The notes below the pieces were generated by a model, which did not search any database, was not told where the DNA came from, and saw only the letters and a program-made list of their open reading frames with translations. The position numbers and the translations under genes are program-made. Below are positions 13,150-26,312 of a DNA stretch of 64,000 bases, in pieces. Every line of letters starts with the position of its first letter. The stretch's first letter is position 1. This DNA comes from Octopus vulgaris (lineage: Eukaryota). The DNA is taken from positions 143,902,001 to 143,966,000 of the forward strand of contig OX597815.1 in assembly GCA_951406725.2 (NCBI GenBank), given 5' to 3'.

Positions 13150-14000
13150 CTCAGATCAAATCACCCGCCAGGACAATGTAACTCCGAAATAAATACGAAA
13201 TGTCATTGGACAAAGTAAATGTTTGTCAAGCGTAGTGTTTGAAAAACATTTTGCATGACTTTAAACACACAGTGTCTCACCCTTCATTTCTTCAGTGTTA
13301 AAGCAAAAAAATTGTTCAACTAAGATTCCGAATCAGACTTTTTACATATAACGTGTGAGATCAAATCTTGTAATTAGATCAACATTTTTCAATATAGACG
13401 ATATATTTGACACCAGAAACGTGAAAAACTAAAAATATCTACATAAACAAATATTTGTTTTTTATGAAGTAGAAACTAACACGTAACAAACTTTTAACAA
13501 AGAACGTCAGACAAAGCTATTTAAAAAAAAAGATTTATTAAACTTATCTCTATAGGCATTGTATAGAAATTGTAGCTAGCATTGACTTTTGCTACGATGT
13601 TTCGTATATAATCGCACTGTTGGTTTACATCTGACGTCTCGGATACGAAACATCGTAGCAAAAATCAGTGCTGGCTATTTCTATAGAATGCCTACAGAGA
13701 TAATCTTAATAAATAATGCAGAAAGTGCACTGCTAACGCAGAAGAACGTGGTATTGACTTATAAAACGTTTGATATACTTCCTAGTATATTATGATTGCA
13801 TTACGAAATACCACGTACCTACAAATTATTAATGAAAGAAAAAGACAGCTCAGATACTTAAGATAACATAAATAATGAAGCACAAGATAAAACTTACTTA
13901 AAACTTGACAACAGAATAGCCTGTATAATGAAATGAAAAACGTATATCTCACTCAAAGACCGTAATCAAGATTTCACCTCCGCTCCCAAATGGGGTTAAA
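13150..14000 (+). mobile_element. Decayed Penelope-like element, RT N-terminal region
   Basis: NKLLTKNVRQSY, INNEAQ and LKLDNRIACIMK*KTYISLKDRNQDF resemble PLE INxEAKKIA..LxLDDRI..AFITLKDHKxNF. Confidence 0.6.
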
Positions 14001-15229
14001 CAGATCGGGTTAATGAGGGGAAAAAAGCAATAATAATGGCAATATTTTGAGGGTAACTAACCACCAGTAACGGAATAATATTAGGATCGCCAGTAGCGTG
14101 TTTTAAAATCTCAACTATGAAAGGGACTCAAGATTTAAATTTGATCTTGATCAATTCTAAACCGGTGACTCGAAATGTTTGTTCGACAAAAGCCAATTTA
14201 GATTATGTCAGTGTTCATTTATGTCTTGGAACTTAACAATTCGACAAATAAAGATCGACTAAATCTCTGAAGGGATGTCCCATTATGACTATAGCACTGA
14301 AACTAGTAGAAGACTAAAAGAACGCAAAGATAAGATTAAATATAAATCTATTCACAAGCCACTGTGAAAATGTCTTTACCTTAACAAGCAAACATCTCCC
14401 AAACTTTTTTAACGTCCAGTGTGCTGTTAGTAGCAAAACTGGTCTTCGTTCTGTTTTGTGCGAATCCTAGTGCTTTCCAAGTGAAGGATGCCAACCTTTT
14501 ATCGAAGCCACGAAATCCGAGGGATTCTGGAATGAAAATTGGCTGAGGAAATGGTTTTATTCTATGTCTGTATTTTATTCTTTCTGTTAGTTGTTTGTTA
14601 CACCTTCCACCATTATTTCTAATTTTCATTTCTACCGTACACAGTCATATTTTTCATACAAATTAATTTGCGTTCTCCCACTAAGACTCACATTATCTTC
14701 CTCTCGATCTATTTACCCACTCTCCCCCTATTCCTCACTCCCTCTTCTTTTCATCTCAGCTACTCATGCTAATATTCAACAATCTTTTATGTTAGTCTTT
14801 GTCTCATGGCCGTCATGTGTCCAATAGCAGTCTCTGATCAGGTTGTATATCCGACAAGAGTCTATTATACTTTTTTTATGAACGATGTTATTTTACATGT
14901 TTGCTCTTCCTTTTCTTATACTGCATTCGTTAGTTTTTGTTTTGTGTGTTAGTTTGTTCCTCCCGTCTTCGTTTTCAGACGTAGGACTATTTTTAAGCGT
15001 CCTCTGTCTTTTTATAGCTGAGATTTAACTTCGTTTTGTTTTGCATAAACCTTGGCACTTTCCAGATGAAGGATACTAGCTTTCTTTTTCCAAATGCCGA
15101 CATCCTAGTTATTTTGAAACGAAAGTTGGCTAATGAGATAGGTTTATTTGTGTCTGCATGTTGTCTTTTCCGTTAGATGTTGTACAAGTTTTCTGCCTCT
15201 ATTTTGCAACTCCAAATTAACCATCATTG

Positions 15230-15600
15230 CAAGAAATAATTCAATAGAAATAACTTAAAACTCAGCTACAGCTCCATCACAAACATGAAAAGCTTAATTA
15301 GAAACAATTTAACTAAATCAACTTGGGCAATCTGTTCACATAGAGACACAAAAGCCTGCCTTCTTAATAAGTAATGCAATACTGAAACTATCGTTTATGA
15401 GACAGAGAACGCCTACACCAGTCAAAACATACTATAGTGGAAATTAAATTCAAGCAAAGATATTTCAGCCATTTTTTCTTCAGGGACATAGAAAAGAAAA
15501 ACGAAACGAAATATTTCTAACTATTGAGAAAATGCAGTACAACATTCAATATAAAATGGAAGATCTTCGAATGATACGCCAAATCAAGAATCCTCAGGAA
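15230..15600 (+). mobile_element. Decayed Penelope-like GIY-YIG endonuclease region
   Basis: CLLNK*CNTETIVYE, FKQRYFSH..FRDIEKKNET and FNIKWKI match the PLE pattern CPLxGxCL..IVY..FKxRY..HKxSF..KNET..IKWKI. Confidence 0.65.
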
Positions 15601-16810
15601 ATACTGTCACTTCGATAAATATCATTTAAAAACTGGAATTTATACCATCACCTATTATTTATAAACCCTACCTTTTATATATCCTAAAAGTGAATTGAAC
15701 TCATTAGTTTCTGTAAATCTATGCTTTAAGCTCAATATATTCAGATGTTATTTTCTCTTTCTTTTCCATCATCAAAGCAAAAGTTTCATTTTTTCCAAAA
15801 TTCAACTAATATACAGACAAATACATTTCCAAACATACACCACTACCGCTCAACTTCAGTTAACTTGTGGGAAACATCTCCTTCCTGAAAATTATAAGTA
15901 GCAATTTTTCTTTTTCATATTTATATTCTTAATTAGCCGAAGGAAAATAACCTACAACTATTTATAATTAACTAGCAGGATTCGTAAAAATTCCTCTGTT
16001 ATTTTGAAAATTGTAAAAAGGAACTGTATATTTTTCTGAAACATTTGATTCTTGAAGTGGTGTAAAAGACAACCTGGGTAGTATTAAATGTACAATCTCA
16101 ATACACGACATCTCTAAAATCTATATTCTTACCTTTTCTACTTGTGTTATTTTCCATTTTACGTCAAAAAAGCAAGCAATATTACCTATGGAACAAAATC
16201 GAAGACATTATCAATAATATTATTCTGCCACTGTATGTTGGTAAAGCTGTAACAAATCTTTATAAATTTATTCGAAAAAATCTATAAGACTGTTGGAGGT
16301 TTTAAAAGAACCATGAAACACACGGTTTACTTTAAAATTGTAGATTTTCATCTTGAGATTCTGTGATATTCACATAGGAAGTCATAGGAAGTGCAGAGGT
16401 GGAGGAAACAATATTCATTGTCATATACTTGTCCCTCTTTTACCATAAGAGTTGTCGTCTATTATTTTTATCTTCGCATCAAACAATAACAATCCTTTCT
16501 CTTAACTATGACCACTGACACTCTGCTCTTTCTGTTCTTGCCATTCCCTTCAACTAACAACGTGACATGCCATACATTTAGCTTTGGTATATTTATATGT
16601 AAATAAGAAATGTGCTCCTGGCTTTAATTTAACCTGATCACATGTGACTGGGAGTTTTGATCGCCGTTGAATATAATTTTTTGCATAATCAAGTGTAACA
16701 AGGTGTGACTTTCCTTCATTCGTCTAATGGTTACTTCGAAAATATTCCACGCAAATTATACTGGAAGTCAGAAAGTATAATAGACATAGCATTATACTTT
16801 ATAAACTCAC

Positions 16811-16841
<31 letters not shown>

Positions 16842-16898
16842 TGTATGTATGTATGTATGTATGTATGTATGTATGTATGTATGTATGTATGTATGTAT

Positions 16899-17090
16899 GT
16901 CTCTTCTATTTTTTATTTATTATAAATATTCCACTGAGTAGGGAGTCGGTTTCCAACAAAGATACAAGGTTCCATCTTTGGGATGTAGTTAAACCAGATA
17001 AATTCACATTTGGAACTTGAGAAAAGTCCTGCATATTTTTACAGTTCCAATCACAGATTGGACTTGTAATGTACAAATTAGCCTGTCGAT
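16899..17090 (-). mobile_element. Short interspersed repeat embedded in (TATG)n
   Basis: Reverse complement of 34075-34270, partial match to 33875-33965 (CTACAT..TTGTATCTTTGTTGGAAAC..AATAAATAAAAAAT..GAGAC). Confidence 0.7.
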
Positions 17091-17780
17091 GTATGTATGT
17101 ATGTATGTATGTATGTATGTATGTATGTATGTATGTATGTATGTATGTGTGTATGTGTGCATGTGTGTGTATGTGTGTATGTGTGTATGTATGTGTGTAT
17201 GTATGTATGTATGTATGTATGTACGTGTGTGCATTTATGTATATGGATTTAAGTGATAGCTTAATCAAGTTACTCGCTCTTGTCTACGTACAATGCACAA
17301 TAAGAACTCACTTTCTCTTCATACACACATGGCTGCTAACGCCATTTACTGACAAAATAACTTAAAGAGATTACCGAAATTCTGAGAAATTACTCACAGT
17401 TGAAGCCCCAACTTTTTCCACAATACAAGGGCAAGTAGTTTACAACCTCTCACAGATATGAAACCGCGACGAACCAAGTCGTTTATTCCTGTTCTCTTCA
17501 CTCTTTGAAAAAAGCCATTTTTACCCGAAATATTGAATTATTCAACAAATTAAGATCCTGAATTTTTCACTTACTGCTTAGCTGCACTCAGTACATGATG
17601 TGAAGCATCGTATTCATTAGCAACCAATTGTTGATTCACTCTGTTGCCACTCAGTTTCATAATATATGCGTTAAATCATTGAATAGCTGAACATACGTGG
17701 CGTGGAACTCTGAGTGGCGACGGTACGAGTCCTAATGTGATTGCGCGTGCAAGTGCGTGTGCGAGAGAGAGGGAGTGTGT

Positions 17781-17844
<64 letters not shown>

Positions 17845-18299
17845 GCTCTCTGCCACTTTCTGTTCCCCGCATACAACTCTCTTCATTTCCTACTCCGCTC
17901 CTTATCCAGATTTCCAAATCCAGCTCTCTCAGCGAGCGCACCAACATTTCTCTGCATCTCTCCACTGTATTTCTACTTGTTGAAGTACAACTCTTCGGGA
18001 ATCTAATTCTCTAAGTCATTTTTCTTCCAGCATTGCTCATGTGCATTACCGTCTTCTGTGATTCTACTTCATTTTCACCGCAAAAGACAAACGTGTTTTC
18101 GTTTATATTTTTTCCGTCCCAGTGTCTAGAGCTTAAGTATGTATCTTTTGTCCTTCATGCTTCAACTCAAAAATATCAAACCCTAAAATACACATATCAG
18201 ATAATTTCTGACGCTACTAAGGCAACAGGGCTGTCCTAAGAATCGAAACCACTGCGCTCGCTTTATATGTTTTCTTTGTTGGATCCTGATCTGTTACAT

Positions 18300-18355
18300 A
18301 CATATATGTATGTATATAGACATGTGTACACATATATATATATACACACACATTT

Positions 18356-18404
<49 letters not shown>

Positions 18405-18564
18405 TATACACAAATCTTCAATCGAATCACAGCCGTCTAATGAATACTCTACTTAGCAGAAATCTTAAAGTAAATGTAATATTTTTTCTACATATATGAT
18501 GTGTGTGTGTACACGCACGCTCTCTCTTCCTCTCTTTCTTTCTCTCTCTCTCTCCTTCTCTCCC

Positions 18565-18610
<46 letters not shown>

Positions 18611-19090
18611 CTTATAAATATATATGGGTATATATGTATATATATATATATATTGTGTATATATGTACATGTGTATATATATATATATCATATATATAGA
18701 TATAAATATACATACATACATATATCTTCTTCTCCATCTAATCCTTCCACGGCATGCTGTTCCCTACACCTCTTATCCTGCTACACCCTTCATTACAACC
18801 AGCTTCTTTTGTCCCCCCCGCTTTTTTTTTTGATTCCCCTTTTCCGCAACCCCTGCCACTATCACCCATCGCCAGTTCGATACATTCCGCCGTATTCCTT
18901 CAGTAAAGTATCATTATTCTCTCATCATTGAATTTCCAGCTTCCTTCTTTAGCAGAACGATCGGCTGAATGGGGCGGGGGGCCTGGTGAGCCGAACAATA
19001 CTGTATATATATAAGTTCACATACGCTAAAATATACATACATACATACATACATACATACATACATACATACATACATACATACATACAT

Positions 19091-19152
<62 letters not shown>

Positions 19153-19326
19153 ATATAATATAATGAAATATAATATAATAGATATAGATATAGATAGATA
19201 GACATACATACACACACACACATATATATACATATATATACCTATATATATACCTATATATATATATACACACACACATATATATATGTGTGTGTATATA
19301 TATATATACATATATATATGTATATG

Positions 19327-19380
<54 letters not shown>

Positions 19381-19467
19381 ATGTGTTCATATGCACATCT
19401 CTATCGTTATATGGATATACTAGTTACACTTGTGTCCATGTGTGAGTGTATGTAAATATAAGTACAT

Positions 19468-19503
<36 letters not shown>

Positions 19504-20500
19504 TACATACGTACATACACACACTCGCATGCATTCATTACGTGTGTGCGTCTGTGTGTACGTTCATTTGTATAAATCTGATTGTGTTTGTATGTTCGAA
19601 TATCATCATGCAAGGTATGTACGTTATATTCTTTTTTTTTTCAAATTTTTTGTTCGATTGTTTGTTTGTAAATATACAAAGAGCTGGGGGGGGGGGTTGG
19701 TTGTGGCTTTGGGAGGGAAAAATTGCGTGTGTCAGTCTGTGTATGCGAATTGTGCATTCATGTCTGTTCTTCTATATATGTATATACATGGATTTGTATT
19801 TGAGAATATAAAGGGCTGCTTCCTTTTAAAACACGCACTCACACACGCACACACACACATACACATATACACACACTCATCATTTGTAACACACACCATA
19901 CACACATGCATGTACACAGTGTGTGCACACACATGATGCCCTAGCATAGATCCACACTCAACACATACACAGATAGACACGCGCACACACAGAGAGACAC
20001 ACACACGCATCATTTATAACACATCATACACACATACATGCACACAATGTGCACACACACACACACACGAAATGCCCCAACATGCATCCACACACTATAC
20101 CTACGCAGATAGACACACACACACGTACACACGCATACATGCACATACGCGCACATGCATACATAAACATAAACTAACATTCAGACGAGTTTAACACACA
20201 TTCACATAGTCTCTGTCTCTCTCTTTCTTTTTCTCTCTCTCTCTCTCTCTCACTCTCTCACCTTCTCTCTCCGTTTCCCGCTTTCTTTCTCTTTTTTTTT
20301 TCACACACACGCATTTACACACTTGCACGTTCACATACACGCAATTACACATACTCATACACGTACAAACACACATGCAAACACACGCACACACATACAC
20401 GCACGCACGTGCACGCACACACACACACATACACAATCACACACACACACACACAATCACACACACACACACGCACTGGAATGCGAACAGGAAGTCACTC
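18300..20500. repeat. Compound (CA)n/(TA)n/(TACA)n/(CT)n low-complexity zone
   Basis: Directly visible, with short unique spacers. Confidence 0.85.
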
Positions 20501-20839
20501 ACACACACACCTGCTTTCCTTTAGAATATACTCTCAAGATGGCGTACAAATTTATGTTGAGTGAGCGTCCGCAGTGTTTGCGTCTGTTGATACCCACACT
20601 AATTTGCTTATTAAGTATCTATTGTCTATTATATTCACCAGACTTAAGATATGTAGTGGGGGCGATTAGTGTCGATTAAACGCTTTAAGACGACGCTCAA
20701 CATGGCCGCAGCCCAATGATATATATATAATTCATACATAATACATTAATACATACATATGTGTGTGTGTGTGTATGCATGCATGTTTGTATGTATGCAT
20801 GTATGTATGCATGTATGTATGTATGTATGTACGTATATA

Positions 20840-22978
20840 CAGGGTGCGTTGAATATATTGTCGTTTAAAATATGGAAAAATCAAAATAATACTGACATCT
20901 CAATTTGACAGATATATTTACCAAAATTACATTAAAATATCTTGAAATACTAAAGAGTAAATTTATTAATAAAATTGCCATTGGCTTCAACCACGGCCTC
21001 CAGACGACTTCGGAATCTGCTGCAACTCTTCTGGACGGTCTCCTTCTTAAAGTTGGTGAATGCTTCCATAATCCTTGCCTTTAGCTCATCTTTGGTGTTA
21101 CAAGGAGTTTTGTTGGTCTCTCGCTCAACTGCGCCCCACACATAATAATCAAGGAGATTGCAGTTTGGGGAGTTAGGTGGCCAAATGTTAGGGGTGACGT
21201 AGTCGCAGAAATTATCTGACAACCATGACTGAATTCTCCTGCTTGTGTGGCATGGTGCAGAGTCTTGTTACCAAACATAGGGTCTTGCAGCAACCACCCT
21301 CTTGGCCCAGGGCAGCACAACCTCCTCCTGGCACTTGTGGGCTTCCGTGTTGAGTACGAGGCCGTGTCAGAACACGAATGTTAGTTAGTTAGTTAGATAG
21401 TTAATTTGGCTCAAAAGCAAATAGCAAGGCCATGTAGGGGGACATGGAGTTAAGTACAGAGTGGTGTTCATGTAAAGAGTTTAGGCCACTTGAGGTCAAG
21501 GAGGCTTTGAACAAAGCGGTCGTCGGCATCTTCACCATCTCGTCTGGCAGCTTGTTCCACGGATCCGCAACCCGGACGGAGAAAGCTCCTCTCCTTCGAT
21601 TGAGATGAAATCGTCGCAGGTAGAGCTTTTCGGAATGATCCCGCAGCCGACGCTCTGGAGCAGGAGTGAAGAACAGCTCTTTCGAGGGGTTACACTTTCC
21701 TCTTATGATGTTGTGGGCGAGAATGAGATCACCACGGCGGCGGCGTTTATCAAGAGAATAAAGGTCGAGCGTCCTCAGCCTTTCTTCATAGGACAAATTT
21801 TTGAGACCATGAACCATGCGGGTAGCCAGCTTCTGGACTCTTTCGAGATGCTGTATGTCTTTGAGGAGATAAGGAGAAGAGGCTTGAATCCCGTACTCCA
21901 ATATGAGTCTCACCAGCGTGACATAGAGTGGTAGGAATATGGCTGCTGTGAGCATTCCGAATGACCGTCGAATCAAGAATAGAATTCCGCGTGCTTTGTT
22001 GGCAGCATGAACGCACTGGGCCGAAGGCGAAAAGGAGGAATCCACCAAGATACCCAGGTCCTTTACCTGATCGGTCCTCTCCAGCAGCAGACGACTTGGC
22101 TCGAAATCAAGTTGAGTTGCAGGAGGAGAGCCAACAGGCAGATGACAGCACTTTGACACGTTCAGACACAGGTCCCATTCGTTAGACCACTTCCAAATTT
22201 GGTGGAGGCATCGACGAAGATCCTCTATATCACCGCGAGGAGCGACCAGTTTGATATCGTCGGCAAATAGAAGGGTGTGTTGCGCGAGGTCGTCGGGCAA
22301 GTCATTTATGAAGACTAAGAACAATAAGGGCCCAAGCACTGAACCTTGAGGCACGCCACTGCTCGCACTGGAGACGTCGGACCGCGAACCATTAACTTAG
22401 ACTTGGAAGGAGCGATCTGAGAGGAAGGCACCAACCCATCGTACAATATCCGGATGGAAACTATATGCTTGAAGCTTGACAAGTAATAGGCGGTGGTTTA
22501 CCGAGTCAAAAGCTTTGGCAAAGTTCAATAAAACGATGTCAACAGCATCACTATCATCGAGTATGCGCGTCACCAATTCTTCCATTACCAGTAAGTTGGT
22601 CAAGCATGATCTCTTCGGCACGAAGCCGTATTGGGAATCAGAGATAGAGGCTGTGTTTTGGAGGTGGAGCATCATACTTTTCTTAAGGATGGTTTCGAAC
22701 ATCTTGCTGATTATTGATGTAAGGGAAACCGGTCGGTAACGTAGCCATTTCTAGTGATCACTCCAAACACCATAATGTTGAGTGGACATTTGATTTTTAT
22801 CACTCTCAGTACATGTTTTGGGGACACAGCAAGCCAACTGTTGTTCTGTGTGCTCGCCATCAGTTTGTATAGGAGCTTCCGACACGAATACCAAGCAGTA
22901 CAGCATGTTTCCAAATTTCTGGCAGAGTGAATTGTGTCATGGTGCTGTTTCTCTCACAGACTGCGCCCAACTGACCCT
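20840..22978 (-). mobile_element. DD37D (maT) Tc1/mariner-superfamily transposon, internally deleted and interrupted by a LINE
   Basis: TA|CAGGGTG terminus at 20838-20846. In QDSAPCH..WPPNSPNCNLLDYYVW the 2nd and 3rd Asp are 37 residues apart. IMVFGVIT..GYV (~22740-22780) joins FVF*HGLVLNTEA (~21340-21378) across the LINE. Confidence 0.85.
21379..22738 (-). mobile_element. CR1-type LINE, 5'-truncated, near-intact RT
   Basis: One frame from YRPVSLTS through QYGFVPKRSCLTNLL, FAKAFDSVNH, GVPQGSVLGPLLF, LFADDIKL, LERVQKLATR, RRRRGDLI to FSVRVADPWNKLP, with a single stop at 22397-22399. (CTAA)n 3' tail at 21379-21402. Confidence 0.92.
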
Positions 22979-22985
22979 ATATATA

Positions 22986-23156
22986 GGGAGAATTCACAAA
23001 AAAAGATGAAGACAGATGGTGTAGACAATAAACAGATGTATTAGTTTGACGCTCGGGAAGTGAAAATGTCTTTAACGTTTCGAGCCTACGCTCTTCCACA
23101 GAAAAGAACACAGAAAGAAACAGGGAGAGAAAATAAAGAATGTGTAGTGGCTAGCG

Positions 23157-23160
<4 letters not shown>
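22986..23160 (-). mobile_element. Short hammerhead-bearing repeat (PLE pseudo-LTR or retrozyme-like), copy 1
   Basis: Homologous to 23355-23532 and ~30205-30405. Flanked by TA repeats. Confidence 0.75.
23068..23109 (-). ncRNA. Minimal type I hammerhead-ribozyme-like motif, variant core CUGUGGA
   Basis: UUUU-CUGUGGA-A-GAGC(GUAG)GCUC-GAAACGU-U-AAAG. Confidence 0.55.
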
Positions 23161-23252
<92 letters not shown>

Positions 23253-23309
23253 TGTGTATTTTTCCCTTGTTAATAATTAACACGGAAAAATTACCATTCA
23301 TATATAGGT

Positions 23310-23348
<39 letters not shown>

Positions 23349-23354
23349 GGGTGG

Positions 23355-23532
23355 GGGAGAATTTACAAAAAAAACAAAAGACGAAGACAGGTGGTTAGAA
23401 AACAGACAGATGTATTAGTTTAACGCTCGGGAAGTGAAGAACTCTTTAACATTTCGAGCCTACGCTCTTCCACTGAAAGGAACACAGAAAGAAACAAGGA
23501 GAGAAAATAAAGAATGTGTAGTAGCTAGCGAT
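23355..23532 (-). mobile_element. Short hammerhead-bearing repeat, copy 2 (core further mutated)
   Basis: Tandem homologue of copy 1. The motif reads CAGUGGA..GAAAUGU. Confidence 0.75.
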
Positions 23533-23539
23533 GTCTATC

Positions 23540-24220
23540 AAATGATTTTTTCGGATTTTCACTAATTATTTTGGCAACTTGTGTCTCTATGTCATCATAA
23601 AATTTAATTTGATACAACTTGTCATTCGTTGCTTAATTGTTTGTTGTTCATTTTCACATATACCCTATACACATTAATTGTTCGTCCAGGTTTCAAAACC
23701 TGCTGTCAAAAATATGGCGGTTTGAACAGAAGATAAAGTTGTGTGTTTGTTGGAGTTTCGAGGGAATATTGTACTTTGAGCTTTTTCCTGATGGTGATTT
23801 TGTGAATGCTAACCTTTATGCTCAACTGCAGTGGTTATTTGATGCTTTGAAGGCCTACTAATTGACATTGCTCAATAGAACATGCGCACTCCTACTGCAT
23901 GACAATGCCCTAGCACACACAGTCAATCTGATCAAGTGCAAATTTTAGAAACTTGAGGCGCTAGAAGTGCTGCCTCACCGTTCCTGCACTTTAGATCTTT
24001 CAACATTATATTGCCGTATTTTCCGAGTTATGACTCATTTTCTGCACAGACAGAAGTTCAACAATGTGGATGAGGTTGAAAACGGGTGTAGGGACTCTTT
24101 TGCTTCTTGTAAACCAGCCAAACGAGGGATTGAGCTTCGTCAGAACGATGGCAACAGAAAATAGAATAGGATGTGATAAATTTTGATAAACGCTTTTCGT
24201 AAGTAATTTGTTTAAACTAT
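23540..24220 (+). mobile_element. Mariner transposase relic (DD34D-type catalytic region)
   Basis: KIKLCVCWSFEGILYFELFP, VNANLYAQL, LLLHDNALAH, LEVLPHRSCTLDLS and IFRVMTHFLHRQKFNNVDEV match mariner motifs. Confidence 0.85.
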
Positions 24221-24249
24221 AAATTAAAGATGGATGGATGGATGGGTTT

Positions 24250-24950
24250 GTTTTGATGGTTGCTTTGAGTGACCGACTCTTGACTGAATTGTAGAGCCGC
24301 AGTTGTGATATACGCCACTTCCAGATGGCATGTACTTCCGGAGACTGCAAATATTTCGACTATAGAAACCATCATTTGATACATAGAAAAGGATTGAATA
24401 CATAAATTATGCGAACAGGTCCCTTCATGGTGTGGATATGTAATTTTAGATCAGTTCGAATAAGTTGATATGTATTTGAACTTGTAAATGCTTTTCGCTG
24501 TAGTTTTGCAGTGGAGAAAAATTCTCGCTTTAGACAAGGTGTTCAAAATACCGTTGCTATCTCGGAGCGCCATCTATGGACTGGACTGGTCCTAAACATA
24601 TATGAACTTATATAACGTTGTTTGTTTTATTATTATTTTCAGTCACTGCTGTGCACGCATACCCACACTTTTGTTCTGCCCTGGCTGCCAACGCGCACAA
24701 TCAGTAAATGATATTTCCTGATTTCTTTTAATAAACTTTCCTGCCAGTTCAGAGTTGTCTCTGGGGTATTGAAGATCGAAATACATCTACCAGCTCCTAG
24801 AGGAGCTCTGTGCCAGCTACACTGGTTTAACACCTCGCTGTCTAATGCGTTAATGTTTCTCCCCAGCAAAACTATAGTGAAAACCCTTTTCAAGTTCAAA
24901 TATGTCCCAAGCATGTTTAAACTGATCTAAAATTTATTTATTTTCTGCCA
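24250..24950 (-). mobile_element. Possible ancient RTE-type LINE RT remnant
   Basis: Only weak traces (RGVKPV*LAQ resembling RGVKQGCVLAP, and KEIRK upstream of a decayed FADDCAL-like segment). Confidence 0.3.
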
Positions 24951-25302
24951 CTGCTTCGGGCATATACCCAGTATATGCATGCTTGTATGTATGTATGTAA
25001 GTATGTATAAATGCATGTATGTATGTATGAATGCATCTATGTATGTATTTATACGTGTATCTATATGTATGTGTGTGTGTGTCTTGAAAGAAGATTTTCT
25101 TCAATCAATAATTATTAAATATATAATAAAAATCTGAAAAGAAAAAATTCAGAATAATACAAATCATTCGGAGAGAAGATTCCTTTCCAGCCAAAAGGTT
25201 TGTCTCAAACTGTTTTGCCATATAATTAATAATTTTTGATATTTTTTCAAATATTATGACAGTATTAAGAATTTTTTTTCAAGAGCTTATATGTGTGAGC
25301 GT

Positions 25303-25370
<68 letters not shown>

Positions 25371-25479
25371 TGTGTCTTTGTGTGCATGTGTGTGCACATG
25401 CATACATATAATTAGGTAGTGTATATACGTATATATAAATATGTATTATTTTCTTCTTCACTGCAAGTCACTGGAAAAC

Positions 25480-25945
25480 GAAGTGAGCAACTAGCAATCA
25501 ACAGATATCTTCAAGCAAGAAGAAAGTATTTTAGCAGATACAAAAGAAAACGGGGAAAATGTCATGAGAATCGATATCAATAAGGTTATATCTTTCAGGG
25601 AATCAAAACGGTAGAGATTTACATGAAGCAGATGTTCGAGGAAAGAAGCTCCCAACGTAGAGAGAACTCTGCTTAGAAGACGGGGCAACAAAGGGATTAG
25701 AATTCATCGAAAGATATGTAACCTTAAGAAGAGGGCCAGAAGAAAGCTCGACAGAAGAACGATTAATGAAGTATTTGCAGAATAATGATTAAAGAGTTAT
25801 GTCCTATTGATGAAAAAGTGAGTGAAGGTTAACTAGCAAAGCAGGACCAGTATTGTTAGAGACTCTCTTTGTCCTTGACCAAGGAGAGAAGAAACACTGG
25901 TTCACGTGCTTACCCAAATTTGACAACAGTACTCCATGCAAGAAT
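25480..25945 (+). mobile_element. Very decayed R4/Dong-like linker fragment
   Basis: SIRLYLSGNQNGRDL resembles DRLYLPRxEGGRGL. Followed by (TAA)n. Confidence 0.4.
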
Positions 25946-25968
25946 TAATAATAATAATAATAATAATA

Positions 25969-26010
<42 letters not shown>

Positions 26011-26312
26011 GGAGGCGCAGTGGCCCAGTGGTTAGGGCAGCGGACTCGCGGTCGTAGGATCGCGGTTTCGATTCCCATAGTGAGTGTTTATTGAGAGAAA
26101 ACACCTGAAGCTCCACGAGGCTCCGGCAGAGGATGGTGGCGATCCCTGCTGTACTCTTTCGCCACAACTTTCTCTCACTCTTTCTTCTGTTGGACTCCTC
26201 GCTTAGCCAGCGAGGTGGCGTCATTTGAAGGCTAAAACAATGCGAAGTGCATTGTGACCAGCGATGTTTAGCAACATCTGATAGCCTGGTCGGTCACGGT
26301 GATCACGGTGAT
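26011..26312 (+). mobile_element. tRNA-derived SINE family C
   Basis: Box A TGGCCCAGTGG, box B-like GGTTTCGATTCCC, tail ending (CACGGTGAT)2, inserted in (TA)n. The tail is also seen inverted at ~43372-43450. Confidence 0.85.

Noticed and set aside
18940-18990. Possible small exon ending CTG|GTGAGC
   Set aside because: The acceptor is ambiguous, the context looks like decayed repeat, and there is no independent support.
26011-26080. tRNA gene
   Set aside because: It has A and B boxes but no 3' acceptor stem, and it continues into a SINE body and tail.
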